The notes: a model not told the origin generated them from the letters alone. 64,000 nt of DNA from Candidatus Levyibacteriota bacterium (GCA_027459725.1 DAIDHK010000005.1:17612-81611), one strand, 5' to 3'; positions 42,288 through 54,100 are shown, counted from the first letter of the stretch. Made by a program: numbers and translations.

Positions 42288-42887
42288 TCAGTAGATGAAA
42301 GGAACAAGCTTCTTAGTCCTCTTTTTATAATTTTCATATTCTGTTGGAAATTGTTTTAACATATGTTTTTCTTCTTTACCAAGACTATATATAAAATATA
42401 GTACAGAGCCAACGAAAAAGATCCAGAATATTACAAACACTAACGCGGAACCTAGCAATCCCAGAAGTATACCCGAATAAATAGGATGTCTTACATAGGC
42501 GTATGGACCGGATGTTACCAAACTAGGCTTCTGCTTTATTGCCATGGGCATACCCCAGTTCTTTCCTAGATTAACTCTTGCCCAGATCGCAAATGCTATC
42601 CCCATAACAGTAATACCAACACCAATCCAACCAAGAATATAATCCGACGAGACAAACAAATAGGACCTGAGGTGTTGAGCATAATTCTTAAATTGATTTT
42701 GAAACAAGTGAGTAAATATCGGAGTGTGAGCAAGGAATAAAAAGATCAATACAATTCCTAATCGCAAACTTATACTACTCAGAAATGTGGAACCTTTAAT
42801 CGTTTTTTTTACTCCTATGGCAGCAAACAACCAATAAGTATAAAAAACTATCCAACATAATATTATAATTTCAATAAAAATAAACAT
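42288..42887 (-). CDS. Isoprenylcysteine carboxyl methyltransferase family protein
   Basis: LVTSGPYAYVRHPIYSG, EEKHM and LVPFIY motifs. Confidence 0.9.
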   Translation of the reverse strand: MFIFIEIIILCWIVFYTYWLFAAIGVKKTIKGSTFLSSISLRLGIVLIFLFLAHTPIFTHLFQNQFKNYAQHLRSYLFVSSDYILGWIGVGITVMGIAFAIWARVNLGKNWGMPMAIKQKPSLVTSGPYAYVRHPIYSGILLGLLGSALVFVIFWIFFVGSVLYFIYSLGKEEKHMLKQFPTEYENYKKRTKKLVPFIY

Positions 42888-43150
42888 ATTCTGATTCTAA
42901 CATTATTTTTTTTATAGCTAATAATGATTTGTTTTCAAATTGATATATTAAATAGATTATGAATACAATAGTAATCAGCCTATATTAGATACAAAAGTAT
43001 AGTGAATATTTTATATTACTTTGATTCTTAAATATGGCATATTTGTCATTTTCAATTCATATTGTTTAGTTAAAAGAAGATATGCAATTAATAAAACAAA
43101 TCTATTTGAAACCGTTTATACAATCAAAAATAATACCACTGATTAAATAT

Positions 43151-45814
43151 ATGAGGTCAAAAAAACTTGTTTTTGGCATAATCCTCTTTGTTGTGTTTTT
43201 GAGTGTTGGAGTATTCCTTATCTACAAAGCACAGCAAATATTTCCCACTATTCCGGTTCTATCAAACAATGCCTGGAATAGTCAAAAAGCTGAATACCTA
43301 GCAAGGAGTGTCTATCTTAATCCCACTGAGAGTGATATTCAAAAACTCACACAAGCCGGAAGTGTACAAAACGCAGTAAATATAATCTTTACCTCTCCTT
43401 CACAACAAGATGAGCAGCAATATAATCAAGGTCTACAACATCTTGCTAATAAGAAGAATTCATATAAGTCGCAAGTTACATATGAAGATACCCTTTATGC
43501 ATATCAGTTAGTACACGATCCAGACCGTGTAAGACGTAAACTATATTATCTATGGGAGAACATTTTCTCAGTGGATGCTCCTGATAAAGGTAAAAAAATA
43601 ACACTTAACGACGCTAAAATTCTTCATCAAATGCTTTACGACAATGCGTATGGGAATTATATCCAGCTGGTTAACAATGTAGAAAATAATTATGCTATGG
43701 CACAATACTTGGATTTGACAGCCTCAACTGCCAAAAATCCTAATGAGAATTTTGCAAGAGAGTTAATGCAGCTATTTCTAATCGGACCCTACACTCCGCT
43801 AGATCATAATAGAACAACACTTAATTATTCAGATCAGGATGTGAATAGTCTTGCATATATTCTAACTGGCTTTACCTCAAATAAAACCAACCATGCAATA
43901 TACTTTGATGAAAAGAGGCACTATACTCACCTCAAACCATTCCTGGGACAGGAGTACAATGATCCACTAGGTGCAATTGATTATATCGTTCAACAAAGAA
44001 AAACTCAGGCAGGAGAATTTTTGGCAAATAAACTTCTGCAATATTATGTTAGCGACAATCCATCGGATCAGGACATTAGTACCTTTTCAAATATAATCAT
44101 ACAAAATAATTTTGAAATACTACCTTCACTCAAATGGCTTTTTGAGTCCAACTTGATGTATCAATCTAAATACATGTCAGAAGACAAATATAAAACACCA
44201 ATGGATTTAGTTAGTTCTTACTATACAATTCTGTATGGCAACAATAACTACACGGTCATTCCTGATTCTCAAATCCTGACAGATCTGAATTTTAGGCCTT
44301 ACAATCCGGGAAGTATTTTTGGTAGAGACGGGTTTAATAACAATATTCTTTTCTATTCGGGAACAATAATTAATAGATGGATTTCAGATTCTTATAAACT
44401 TCTGCATAATATACCCGCGCGGAATATTCCATCTATCTTTTCTCAACTTATTACGGATCCAAACTCCATTCACTCCCCATCAGATCTGATCAATGCTATT
44501 TCTATGAAGCTATATTTAGGCCGGGATCTTCCAGAATCGGTTAGGCAATCTTTAGAAAAATATCTTATTACTTCTGATACCGGGAAAAGAATTAATTTTA
44601 ACATCAATAATTCTGTATACCTCCGCTCTAAATTACCTGAATTACTAAGTTTCATGATTATTCAACCCGAATTTTTAACTCAAAGTGGAAATATACAAGC
44701 AGTTAGTCTTCCATCAATAACCCAAGTTAATGGCGGAGAACAATCAAAACTCATCGTTGTACGCGTACGAGGTGGATGGGATTTTCAAGGTATTTGGGCA
44801 AACACGAGTGATCCGGCATATTTAACAAACAGAAAACAAATGGCACTAAACTCATCTAATGCGACATCTTTGGGTAATGGATATATGTTAAATAATGCTG
44901 CTAGTAGTTTACTTCCGCTTCTTCAAGCAAAACAAGCATTTCTTGTGTCATCTGTTGGTCTGCCGGACCATTCACGCGCTCACGATATTGCGGGTTTGCA
45001 AATGGAAACAGGAGATAGTCAAAATCAAAACGGTATTTTAGCTCAACTATCTCAGGCAGAACCTACGACTAATCTTATTACTCTGACCAACACTGCGCCA
45101 GTCATGACAAAAGGAGCACAGAGTCTACAGATCGGCTCAACTAGTCTAGTTCTCTACCCATCGGGTAAAAAACAAAATGTGAAGAGTCAAAATAATGCTG
45201 CATTAGAGAATAATTTAAAACAAATTTTGTCTAATAGACTATATCCTAAACCATTAGCCATCTACTACACACAAGCATTATTACTGGATAAATTAGCACA
45301 AGAGGATATTGCTCAGGGAGGTAGTGGCACACCTGGTGGCACAAATGCAACCCAAACTCCATTTTTAGAAAAACTTATTTCTAACAACATTGGGAATACA
45401 TATTATCTTTATGCGGATAATAGTTATGATCATCATGCACATGAAGACGAGTTATTAAATAAAGATATTCAGACTTTATTTAATAATTTTGTTAATTTTT
45501 ATAATGTTGAAAAGACAAATACAAAACTAACCATAGTCTTCTTTTCAGAATTCGGAAGGACAGATAAAATTAATGGGAGTAATGGGACAGATCATGGACA
45601 AGGTGGCGGTATGGTTATATTGAGTAATGTACTTAGTTTACCAGAAATCACAGGAACAATAACTCCTAGTAAAGATCCCCACAACTGGACTAATGTACAA
45701 GTGGACGAGAGAGATGTTTGGGCTACAATATTTAATAAGCTTTATGGTCTCCCACAAGATTCAATATTCGGAAGAAATACACCTCTTTCAACTTATCCTG
45801 TCGCCGTTGAGTAA
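43151..45814 (+). CDS. DUF1800-DUF1501 fusion protein with an N-terminal TM
   Basis: PNENFARELMQLF and LTGF (DUF1800); VRVRGGWD, SRAH, FSEFGRT and NGTDHG (DUF1501). Confidence 0.82.
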   Translation: MRSKKLVFGIILFVVFLSVGVFLIYKAQQIFPTIPVLSNNAWNSQKAEYLARSVYLNPTESDIQKLTQAGSVQNAVNIIFTSPSQQDEQQYNQGLQHLANKKNSYKSQVTYEDTLYAYQLVHDPDRVRRKLYYLWENIFSVDAPDKGKKITLNDAKILHQMLYDNAYGNYIQLVNNVENNYAMAQYLDLTASTAKNPNENFARELMQLFLIGPYTPLDHNRTTLNYSDQDVNSLAYILTGFTSNKTNHAIYFDEKRHYTHLKPFLGQEYNDPLGAIDYIVQQRKTQAGEFLANKLLQYYVSDNPSDQDISTFSNIIIQNNFEILPSLKWLFESNLMYQSKYMSEDKYKTPMDLVSSYYTILYGNNNYTVIPDSQILTDLNFRPYNPGSIFGRDGFNNNILFYSGTIINRWISDSYKLLHNIPARNIPSIFSQLITDPNSIHSPSDLINAISMKLYLGRDLPESVRQSLEKYLITSDTGKRINFNINNSVYLRSKLPELLSFMIIQPEFLTQSGNIQAVSLPSITQVNGGEQSKLIVVRVRGGWDFQGIWANTSDPAYLTNRKQMALNSSNATSLGNGYMLNNAASSLLPLLQAKQAFLVSSVGLPDHSRAHDIAGLQMETGDSQNQNGILAQLSQAEPTTNLITLTNTAPVMTKGAQSLQIGSTSLVLYPSGKKQNVKSQNNAALENNLKQILSNRLYPKPLAIYYTQALLLDKLAQEDIAQGGSGTPGGTNATQTPFLEKLISNNIGNTYYLYADNSYDHHAHEDELLNKDIQTLFNNFVNFYNVEKTNTKLTIVFFSEFGRTDKINGSNGTDHGQGGGMVILSNVLSLPEITGTITPSKDPHNWTNVQVDERDVWATIFNKLYGLPQDSIFGRNTPLSTYPVAVE

Positions 45815-45999
45815 AGAGTAACATAAGAGGCAAAATAATTATGTATTCATTAGTTTAATTAAAGTATTAAGCTTTTAAGAATTCAATAAGTAGTTCAAAT
45901 CAATTTATGTCATTTGTTGCTAGCTAATTATCAATTCTTTCATTGTCAATTAAATAGAAACGCCCAACTCCAATAACCTCAACTGTTATAATATATGAT

Positions 46000-46530
46000 A
46001 TGCAACTTATCTTAATATACGGTGCTCCTGGAACTGGGAAATTAACAGTAGCAAAAGCTCTTTCTAAAAAGATAAATTTTACTTTATTTCATAATCATAT
46101 TATTTTGAACGCTTTAAGTGAAGTATTTGGATATGATAGTGATATAAGAAGAACGCTTGAGAAAGAATTTCGCTTACGAATTATTGAAGAAGCAATAAAA
46201 GCAAATATAAATATAATATTAACAGGTGTAATTACAAGAGATAATGAAGAATTTTACAGAATAATAATAACAACTGTGTCGCATAATAATGGAGAATGTT
46301 TACTTGTTTATCTTTCTGTAAACAAAGATGTTCTGGAGAAACGCATTGAAGAAGATTCACGAAAAAAACTTAAAAAGATAAGTACTAAAAAGCGATTAGA
46401 GGAATGGTTGCGACAATATCCTGAATCTTTTGAGAAAATTGATTTTCCGAATCATTTCTCAGTTGATACTACAATAATGTCCCCTACTAAAGTAGCAGAT
46501 AATATTATTAGATATTACAATTTGACATAA
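46000..46530 (+). CDS. P-loop nucleotide kinase-like (AAA) protein
   Basis: IYGAPGTGKLT and FHNH motifs. Confidence 0.85.
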   Translation: MQLILIYGAPGTGKLTVAKALSKKINFTLFHNHIILNALSEVFGYDSDIRRTLEKEFRLRIIEEAIKANINIILTGVITRDNEEFYRIIITTVSHNNGECLLVYLSVNKDVLEKRIEEDSRKKLKKISTKKRLEEWLRQYPESFEKIDFPNHFSVDTTIMSPTKVADNIIRYYNLT

Positions 46531-46999
46531 ATGGGAGATGTGAATACCAGTGTGTTAATAATATTGCAATATTACAATTTAGAACTACTAGTTTTAGTAG
46601 GTTATGGATTAGATAAGTATCTACAAACTAAGACAGGAATTCAAGCTCTAGAACTTGCCTCTAGGAATAAATATCACTTAGCTAGGTAAAATAAATCTCT
46701 TAGTGATCTTTATTAATGTGACAATTTTTTTCATTAGCCTTGTTTTGGACAAGGGGTCATCATTTATTCTGACAAAAATAAATCTTCATCCGGAAATCTA
46801 AATAAAGGTTATTTGGACGACGTAAATGAATAGATCTATTTTCAATACTATTCGAGTAGAGAAAATTATAATCAGACCTATAATTATCTTTAATTCGGGA
46901 AAAGTGATAAAATATACTATCCTATATAACCCATTGGTGAATATAGGATGGCACTTTAACATTGATAATAGGAATAATTTTTCTCGAAAGGAAAGAGCA

Positions 47000-48742
47000 A
47001 TGAAGCATCCTGAAGAATTCCACGTAAAGCGGGTATCAGTATTTACACCCGCTCAGGAGCGGGAATATACCTGGCTTGTGGTAATCTGGGCTATGGTAAA
47101 CATTTATTTCTGGGGCTGGTGGTTCTGGCAGACGCCCTTTAGTTTAGGGCTTTATGTCATAGCTACTATCTGTATGATCTATACGATAACTGCCCTACCT
47201 ACGTTCTATCTCTTCTACGTTGGGGCAATGAGTAAACCCCAAAGAATAGACGCGCAGGAGGCAATCACGGCAGGGGTTGTAAAACGCATTGCCATGATAA
47301 CACTGCATGTTCCCGGTTCGGAGAACATGGAGATTGTAGAAAGACAACTTCGCGCTATGATCGCAGTTGAGATTCCACATGATTCGTGGATTCTCGTTGA
47401 CAAATATCATGATGAAAAAATAAAACGTCTGGCTGAAGAACTGGGCGTTAAATATTTTTGCCGTCATGATAAAGATTATTGGGGTGAGACCCGCGTACAC
47501 CACTGGAATCAGCCAGTTCCACCTTTTCAGGCCAAGACAAAGGCCGGAAATGTGAATGCGTGGATCGAAACCTATGGCGAGGATTACACGCATTTTGTTC
47601 AGCTGGACATAGATCATGTCCCCAAGCCTTTTTATTTACAAGAGACACTGGGATATTTTCTTGACCCGCGCGTCGCATGGGTACAAAGTCCCAGTGTATA
47701 TGGGAACCTGAACAAGTGGACAGCTAGGGGGTCTGCCGAGCAGGAATTTGTCCTGCAGGGACCCCTTCAAATGGGGTTTTACGGTTTTTGCAAAACTCCG
47801 TTTATTATAGGATCGCACTGTGCATACAGCACAGAAGCGATCGTAAAGATAGGAGGTTTCGCGCCTACAAGGGCCGAAGATCATCTCGATACCGTAATTC
47901 TCGCCTCGCAAGGATATGAGGGAGTATTTGTACCTGATATCCTCGCAGTAGGTGATGGACCGGAGACATTCGAGACATACATCGCCCAGCAATTTGCCTG
48001 GGCGTATAGCATGATCCAGGTTTTGTTCAAGTATACCCCGCACCTTATGCGAAGGTATACTAAAAGACAAGCATTGCAGTTCTTGTTTGTCCAGACCTGG
48101 TATACACTATGGTCTGGAACAACATTTACACTATTTCTTCTCCCACCTGTTGTTTTAATAACTAACAGCGGGATTGCCAGGGTAAGCTTCTGGCAGTTTA
48201 GTTTACATCTGCTGCCAGTTGCACTGGTGAGCTTTCTTATTTGGGGGTGGAGCCGTGAATGGCATAAACCTCAAAACCTTAGTCTTAGTTGGCGGGGTGT
48301 AGTTTTGCACGTCGCCCGCTGGCCGGTGGTTTTGAGCGCCTTTATTCAGGTAATCCTGAGGGTGAAAAAACCCTATATGATTACCATAAAAGGCATGCAT
48401 AGGGGAATGAACAGACCTTTCTCGTTCTTCACCCACGCTCCCTACCTACTCATTGCAGGTGCTTCGCTGGCATCCTGTTGGGAGTATATGCTCACCACTA
48501 ATACCAGCCATGCGCAGGGCTATTTACTCTTCGCCTGGCAGGAGGCGGTAGTAATTCTCATAGTTTATCTGGTTGCGCTTAGCAACGAGATATTTGATAT
48601 GAAAAAGGAAGGAGTTGATCTTATCAAATTACTGACCATAAGAGTGAAGCCTCTAATGGTCGCGTTGGTTTTTTTGATGTTCACACTGATCACATTTAGT
48701 GCATCAGCTGTACACATCATTTCAGCTGTTTTCAGCCTTTAG
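47000..48742 (+). CDS. Cellulose synthase-like GT2 glycosyltransferase
   Basis: KAGNVN, DID, AED and QQFAW motifs; SD GAAAGGA before ATG 47000. Confidence 0.88.
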   Translation: MKHPEEFHVKRVSVFTPAQEREYTWLVVIWAMVNIYFWGWWFWQTPFSLGLYVIATICMIYTITALPTFYLFYVGAMSKPQRIDAQEAITAGVVKRIAMITLHVPGSENMEIVERQLRAMIAVEIPHDSWILVDKYHDEKIKRLAEELGVKYFCRHDKDYWGETRVHHWNQPVPPFQAKTKAGNVNAWIETYGEDYTHFVQLDIDHVPKPFYLQETLGYFLDPRVAWVQSPSVYGNLNKWTARGSAEQEFVLQGPLQMGFYGFCKTPFIIGSHCAYSTEAIVKIGGFAPTRAEDHLDTVILASQGYEGVFVPDILAVGDGPETFETYIAQQFAWAYSMIQVLFKYTPHLMRRYTKRQALQFLFVQTWYTLWSGTTFTLFLLPPVVLITNSGIARVSFWQFSLHLLPVALVSFLIWGWSREWHKPQNLSLSWRGVVLHVARWPVVLSAFIQVILRVKKPYMITIKGMHRGMNRPFSFFTHAPYLLIAGASLASCWEYMLTTNTSHAQGYLLFAWQEAVVILIVYLVALSNEIFDMKKEGVDLIKLLTIRVKPLMVALVFLMFTLITFSASAVHIISAVFSL

Positions 48743-48755
48743 AAAGGAGCCTCTG

Positions 48756-49700
48756 ATGAAGGGTTTGTTTATCCTCCTCGTTCTGGTCATTTTAGTTCCA
48801 CTGCTGCCGGTTAAGGCAGCTAGCGGGATGGGGATTATAACTCTTCCAAGGACCAGGATGTTCCTGGGGGTTTACGACCCGGGGAACATCTTCGATAAAA
48901 AGAAGATGGATGTTGAGGAAGAGTTTGTCCCTTGGGACAAATCACCCCTTCCCTTTCTGGCCCAGGCAAGAAAAGAAGGGAGGTTTCCTCTGCTAACAGT
49001 GGAAGCCAAAGTCAGTGCAGACGGTGTGCAAAGTGTCTTGACCGACACTATCAAGGGTAAAAATGATCTACTGATCAAAAAACTGGCTCTTGAGATAAAG
49101 AGCCAGGCACCACAGCAAATCATGGTCAGGTTTTTCCATGAGATGGACCTGAGTGTCTATCCATGGGGAGATCAGAACCCCAAAATCTTCATTGCGGCGT
49201 GGCGACACGTCGTAAATGTATTCAAAGCTCTAGGGGTTGATAATATCTGGTGGGTATGGTCACCCGCCGGCAATCCCAACGCCCCGGAGTATTATCCGGG
49301 AAAGTCCTACGTATCCTTCGTAGGCTTGACGATCCTAGACTCCGCAGTCTGGGATATTTTATATGGAAACAGTAAACCATTAACCTTTAAACAAATCTTC
49401 AACCAGCGATACCAGCTGGTTAAGAGATTTGATAAACCTATTATCATTGCTGAATTTGGAGTCGCCCCGCCTAAGGGATTAACCCCAAGGCAGGGATACC
49501 AATATCAGGTAAATTGGATGTGGAAAGCTCGAGCGGATTTTACCGAGTTTCCACTCCTAGCGGGCGTTGTGTATTTCAACGCCATCAATGCCCCCTATCC
49601 GGGGGATAAAAAGTTTGGGCGACCTGACTGGAGAATATTCCCAGACATGATCTGGGATCCAGGCATGATGCCTGTACTAAAAGTCAAGTTGCCAGACTAG
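48756..49700 (+). CDS. Glycoside hydrolase family 26, exported
   Basis: Signal peptide; RFFHEMD, WVWSP, YYPG and IIAEFG motifs; SD AAGGAG. Confidence 0.88.
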   Translation: MKGLFILLVLVILVPLLPVKAASGMGIITLPRTRMFLGVYDPGNIFDKKKMDVEEEFVPWDKSPLPFLAQARKEGRFPLLTVEAKVSADGVQSVLTDTIKGKNDLLIKKLALEIKSQAPQQIMVRFFHEMDLSVYPWGDQNPKIFIAAWRHVVNVFKALGVDNIWWVWSPAGNPNAPEYYPGKSYVSFVGLTILDSAVWDILYGNSKPLTFKQIFNQRYQLVKRFDKPIIIAEFGVAPPKGLTPRQGYQYQVNWMWKARADFTEFPLLAGVVYFNAINAPYPGDKKFGRPDWRIFPDMIWDPGMMPVLKVKLPD

Positions 49701-49706
49701 TTTAAA

Positions 49707-49918
49707 TACTCTGAAAAGGCATCAGGGAGCAATCCTAATTTGCGATGTCCTTAGTAGGAGCCGCCGGCGTCGGTAACGCCATTAGTTAATTAATGCACCG
49801 CTTTACGGTGCAGCATGTGCAGCTTTGCACGAATCCCAGGCGATTGAGCCGGGGGGGAATGCATCGCTTAAACGGGCTGCGATACCGAGGCGGTGCTTTT
49901 CCTTTAAAACAGGAATAC
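49707..49918 (+). ncRNA. Candidate structured RNA, unassigned
   Basis: About seven consecutive GC-rich hairpins, including a GCAA tetraloop and G-U pairs that favour the + strand. Confidence 0.45.
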
Positions 49919-49957
49919 TTATCTTTTTACGCTGATAGAGTAAAATATCTGAAACTG

Positions 49958-50293
49958 TCACTTCTTCAGATTGTATTTTAGTAAAAATAATTCATTTAAA
50001 ACTCTCAGGAGAATATAGGTTATACCAAACAAAAAATTTATCTCTTTAATAATAACTGTCGCAGACACCGCATAGATAATAGACTTATAAATATAATTAG
50101 ACAAGGCAGTTGCTTTCCTGGAGGCTTTAGGCGCAATAAACAAACTCCAGAAAATTATCAGGCCTGCAAAAAGACATACATCCAGAATATTCTGCAATAT
50201 TTTATCTGAAGATAAAGGTACAGCACTAAATCCAAACCTAATAAACGCTACTATCTCTTGAAAAAAAGCTAACGCCAGTAAAACTGAGGCCAT
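49958..50293 (-). CDS. Hypothetical membrane protein
   Basis: 111-aa hydrophobic ORF with a TATAA element shortly upstream. Confidence 0.5.
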   Translation of the reverse strand: MASVLLALAFFQEIVAFIRFGFSAVPLSSDKILQNILDVCLFAGLIIFWSLFIAPKASRKATALSNYIYKSIIYAVSATVIIKEINFLFGITYILLRVLNELFLLKYNLKK

Positions 50294-50578
50294 TGAGTTA
50301 TCCTTTATCTTATAACAGTAAGAGTTTTATTTAATATACATTGCCATTTCGATACGATCAATGTATTCATTACTATACAAACGGTAAAAAATACCCCGGT
50401 TTGATTACATCCAAGAAGATTAAATTACACTACGATTTAGGTAGTTGTAACCTCAAATTGATAAAAAAGATTAGTAGCAAGCCTAAGATATATACTACTA
50501 ATGTTTTTGCAGATAAACATGGTAATTTTGTTCGAGCAAATTTGCTATTGTAAAAAATGTTATGTATACTTTTGTCGC

Positions 50579-50992
50579 ATGTTTCGTCGATCAAAACATC
50601 ATCTGAAATTAGTTACTAAGTTACCCGCTCAACGCAGCTTGTTGCAACGCATAGGACAAAATTTAATCAATACCATGGCACCACCCACTCCAAAAGAGCC
50701 AACAGAGCTGACTTCATATATATCCAGAGTATTACAGGGTAAAGCCAATATTCCAAGCGTAGACATATATAGCCAAAATAATACCTTTTTGGAAAATGTG
50801 TCGTTTGACCCCAAAACAAGGACATGGTTAGCAGATATTCGCCTCACTGATCCACAAGGAGAAAATGCACAGATTAGAACCATAAGTGCCAGACAAGATA
50901 CTACGGGAGATGTTCAAATGGGATGGTTTGATCGTGGTAAAATAGTCCCAATATCCTCAGAACATCATAGACATGGCCGTGAACGGGAATAA
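50579..50992 (+). CDS. Hypothetical protein
   Basis: ORF with TATACT shortly before the ATG. Confidence 0.6.
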   Translation: MFRRSKHHLKLVTKLPAQRSLLQRIGQNLINTMAPPTPKEPTELTSYISRVLQGKANIPSVDIYSQNNTFLENVSFDPKTRTWLADIRLTDPQGENAQIRTISARQDTTGDVQMGWFDRGKIVPISSEHHRHGRERE

Positions 50993-51154
50993 TCGGACGA
51001 AACCATAATCTATTAAGAATCAGTCAGCATACATTTGCAAATACACCATATCTAATCTAAAGTAAAAATATATTCGTTTGTTTGGGTATGTTTTGATATG
51101 CAAAAAGTTTTAAGCTCCATTTCCCAAATAACCAATCTTGTTACAAAGAATACT

Positions 51155-54100
51155 ATGAAGCTTGCAGTATACCACATCCTCACTTACATTTTTTTTCTTT
51201 TTATATTTTTCTTCATTTTTCCAATATCAACTCAGGTATTTGCAGCCACAGCAACCTGGACTGATAACGGAGGAGATGGAAACTGGGGAACTTGCTCGAA
51301 CTGGTCTGGTGGAACAGGAACAAATGGATGTCCTGGATCATCTGATACAGCAACATTTGGAAGTGCATCCACAGCAAACGTTAGTATTAATTCCACAGTC
51401 AATGTGGCTGGAATCAATATTACCTCAGCATATACCGGAACCATCTCACAAGGATCATCGACTGTGACGATTGGTTCCTCAAACTACTCACAAGCAGGAG
51501 GGACATATACAGGAGGAACTGGAACAATAACAATTAACGGCAGCTATACGCTTTCTGGAGGAACTTTTACATCCTCTTCTGATACAACAAACGGTTTATC
51601 TTTTACGGGTAATTTTACTATATCTGGATCAGCAACTTTTAATAATAATGCCGGAATAGTTATATTTGATGGTTCTACGCAAACTCTTTCCTGTAATAAT
51701 ATCGTATTTAATAAAGTAGTTATTAACCAAGGATATGGTGGAGGAATAATAAACGTTGGGAGTAATTGCAACCTTCCCCTTGGAGCCAACCCTACTGTGA
51801 CCATAAACAGGAGTAGTGTTACCCTAAACGGTACATTAAGTGGCAGCGGCACATTGACATTGAGTACTTCATATGGTGACTATAACGGAACACTTACAAT
51901 TAACAGTACGGGCAGTCTTTCTGGATTTAGTGGAATAACCATAGGAAGCGGTACACCGGGACTAACGATTGCCGGGGCTACAGCTGATTTCAGCAGCTAT
52001 TCTCCTTTTTCAATCGGTTCGTTTACTCTCTCTTCAGGAACCTTTACTGGTCCTTCTTCCATGACCGTATACGGAGGGTTTTCAATTACGGGGGGTATAT
52101 TTAACGCTCCTACAACATTAACCTTTATGTATGCCAATACAATATCATGTAATAATGTCTCATTTAACACAGTTGTTATCAGTATGGGAAACAATGCCTC
52201 TAATGGACTCGTACCATTAACAATTGAGAGTAATTGTAATCTACCATTAGGAAATAATCCAACCGTAATAATAAATCGATACGGATTAATACTCAATGGA
52301 ACCCTGAGTGGAACGGGCACAATAACGTTTGGTAGTAATTTAAGCGATTATGACGGAACAATCACGTTTAATAGTGGTGGAGGATTATCAGGTTTTAATG
52401 GAGTAGCTGTGACTAATTATCCACCAACATTTACTTTTGCCGGGGCTACAGCTGATTTTAGCAGCTATTCCCCTTTTTCAATCGGTACATTAAACATAAC
52501 ATCTGGTACACTTACTGCTCCTTCATCCATGACCATAAATGGTGGCTTTTCAATTACTGGGGGTACATTTAATCCACCTGCAACTTTAACTTTTACTTAT
52601 GCTGATACCCTATCATGTAATAATGTGTCGTTTAATACTGTAGTGATTAATTTGGGTGACAATCAAAGCAGTAACAAAGGCCCAATGATAGTTGAGGGTA
52701 ATTGTAATCTACCTTTAGGTAATAATCCCACAGTAACGATAAACAGATATGGATTAACTCTTAATGGAACCCTGAGTGGAAGCGGTGCTTTAACTGTTGA
52801 TAATAATAATACAGATAACACCGGTTCTCTTACCTTTAACAGTAGTGGTATATTATCAGGTTTCAGTGGCTTAACTATTACTGGAGGTCCACCATTTATC
52901 ATCGGAGGAAATGTTACAGTACCTTCTTTAACTATTGCCTCAAATAGCTCAGTCTCAAATCCTGCGTCAGCATATACTCTTTCTATCACAGGTGCCCTTA
53001 TTAATAGTGCTGGTACGACGTTTGGCGGAACAAATCTCACTACGAATTTTACCGGCTCCTTTGCGACACTTGGAGGAAATATCACTTCCTCTGGTCCATG
53101 CTCGGTTACAGCAGGAACATTAAGTCTTAATGGGAACAATCTTTCCTGTACTAATCTTACTGTTGCATCTAATGGGACACTGCAACTACAAGGTGGTGAA
53201 TCAGTGACCACTCCCACACTCAATTCAGGATCAACTGTCAAATTTACCGGAACCAGCGGGACAAATAGTTACACTATCCCTTCCTGGAGTTATTCAGATT
53301 TAACAATCGATACAGGTGGAATGGGTACAAATACATTTAACGCCCCTTCTTCATTATCACTCGCAACGTTTACTCTTGCAAACGGCACCTTTGTCGCACC
53401 ATCAGGATCACTCGTTCTCACTGGTAACTTCGTCCATAATGGTGGCACTTTCACCAATAACTCCGGAACAGTCTCACTTACAGGGACATCCCAACAGATC
53501 AGCGGTTCTACCACTTTCCACAATTTGTCCAAAACAGTGAGTAATACTGATACGCTTGCTTTTGGAGCAGGAGATACCCAGACAGTTTCCGGATTATTGA
53601 CTCTACAAGGAGCTTCAGGTAACCTATTATCTCTTCGCTCAACTATAACGGGAACACAATGGAAGATAGATCCAATAGGGACAATTGTACTTTCTCATCT
53701 GAATATTAAAGATTCAGACAACATAGGATCAGTGATCAATCCGAACAATTACACAGATCTTGTCAACTCTGGCAACAATACCAACTGGCAATTTGACACT
53801 GCTTCCCCTACTATTAGCATCAACAGTGTGAGTTCATACACAACAAATACTACTCCAACTATTACCGGTACTGCAACAGATGGAGACGATACTGTTGCCT
53901 CAGTACAGTTTCAAATGGATAATATCAGTGGAAGTTGGACGACATGTTTGGCAACCGATAGTGACGGAAAGTTTGATCAAGCCTCTGTAACATTTTCTTG
54001 TACACCATCTAGTACTCTAAGTGATGGAAGTCATACAATGTATATACGAGCAACAGACAGCAATGGGAATACGACACCATCAAATGATTATTCCTCTGCT

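Noticed and set aside
46530-46688. 52-codon ORF abutting the P-loop kinase stop
   Set aside because: No motif or other support.
49793-49981. 62-aa + strand ORF
   Set aside because: Crosses the hairpin cluster, has no SD and no protein-like motif.
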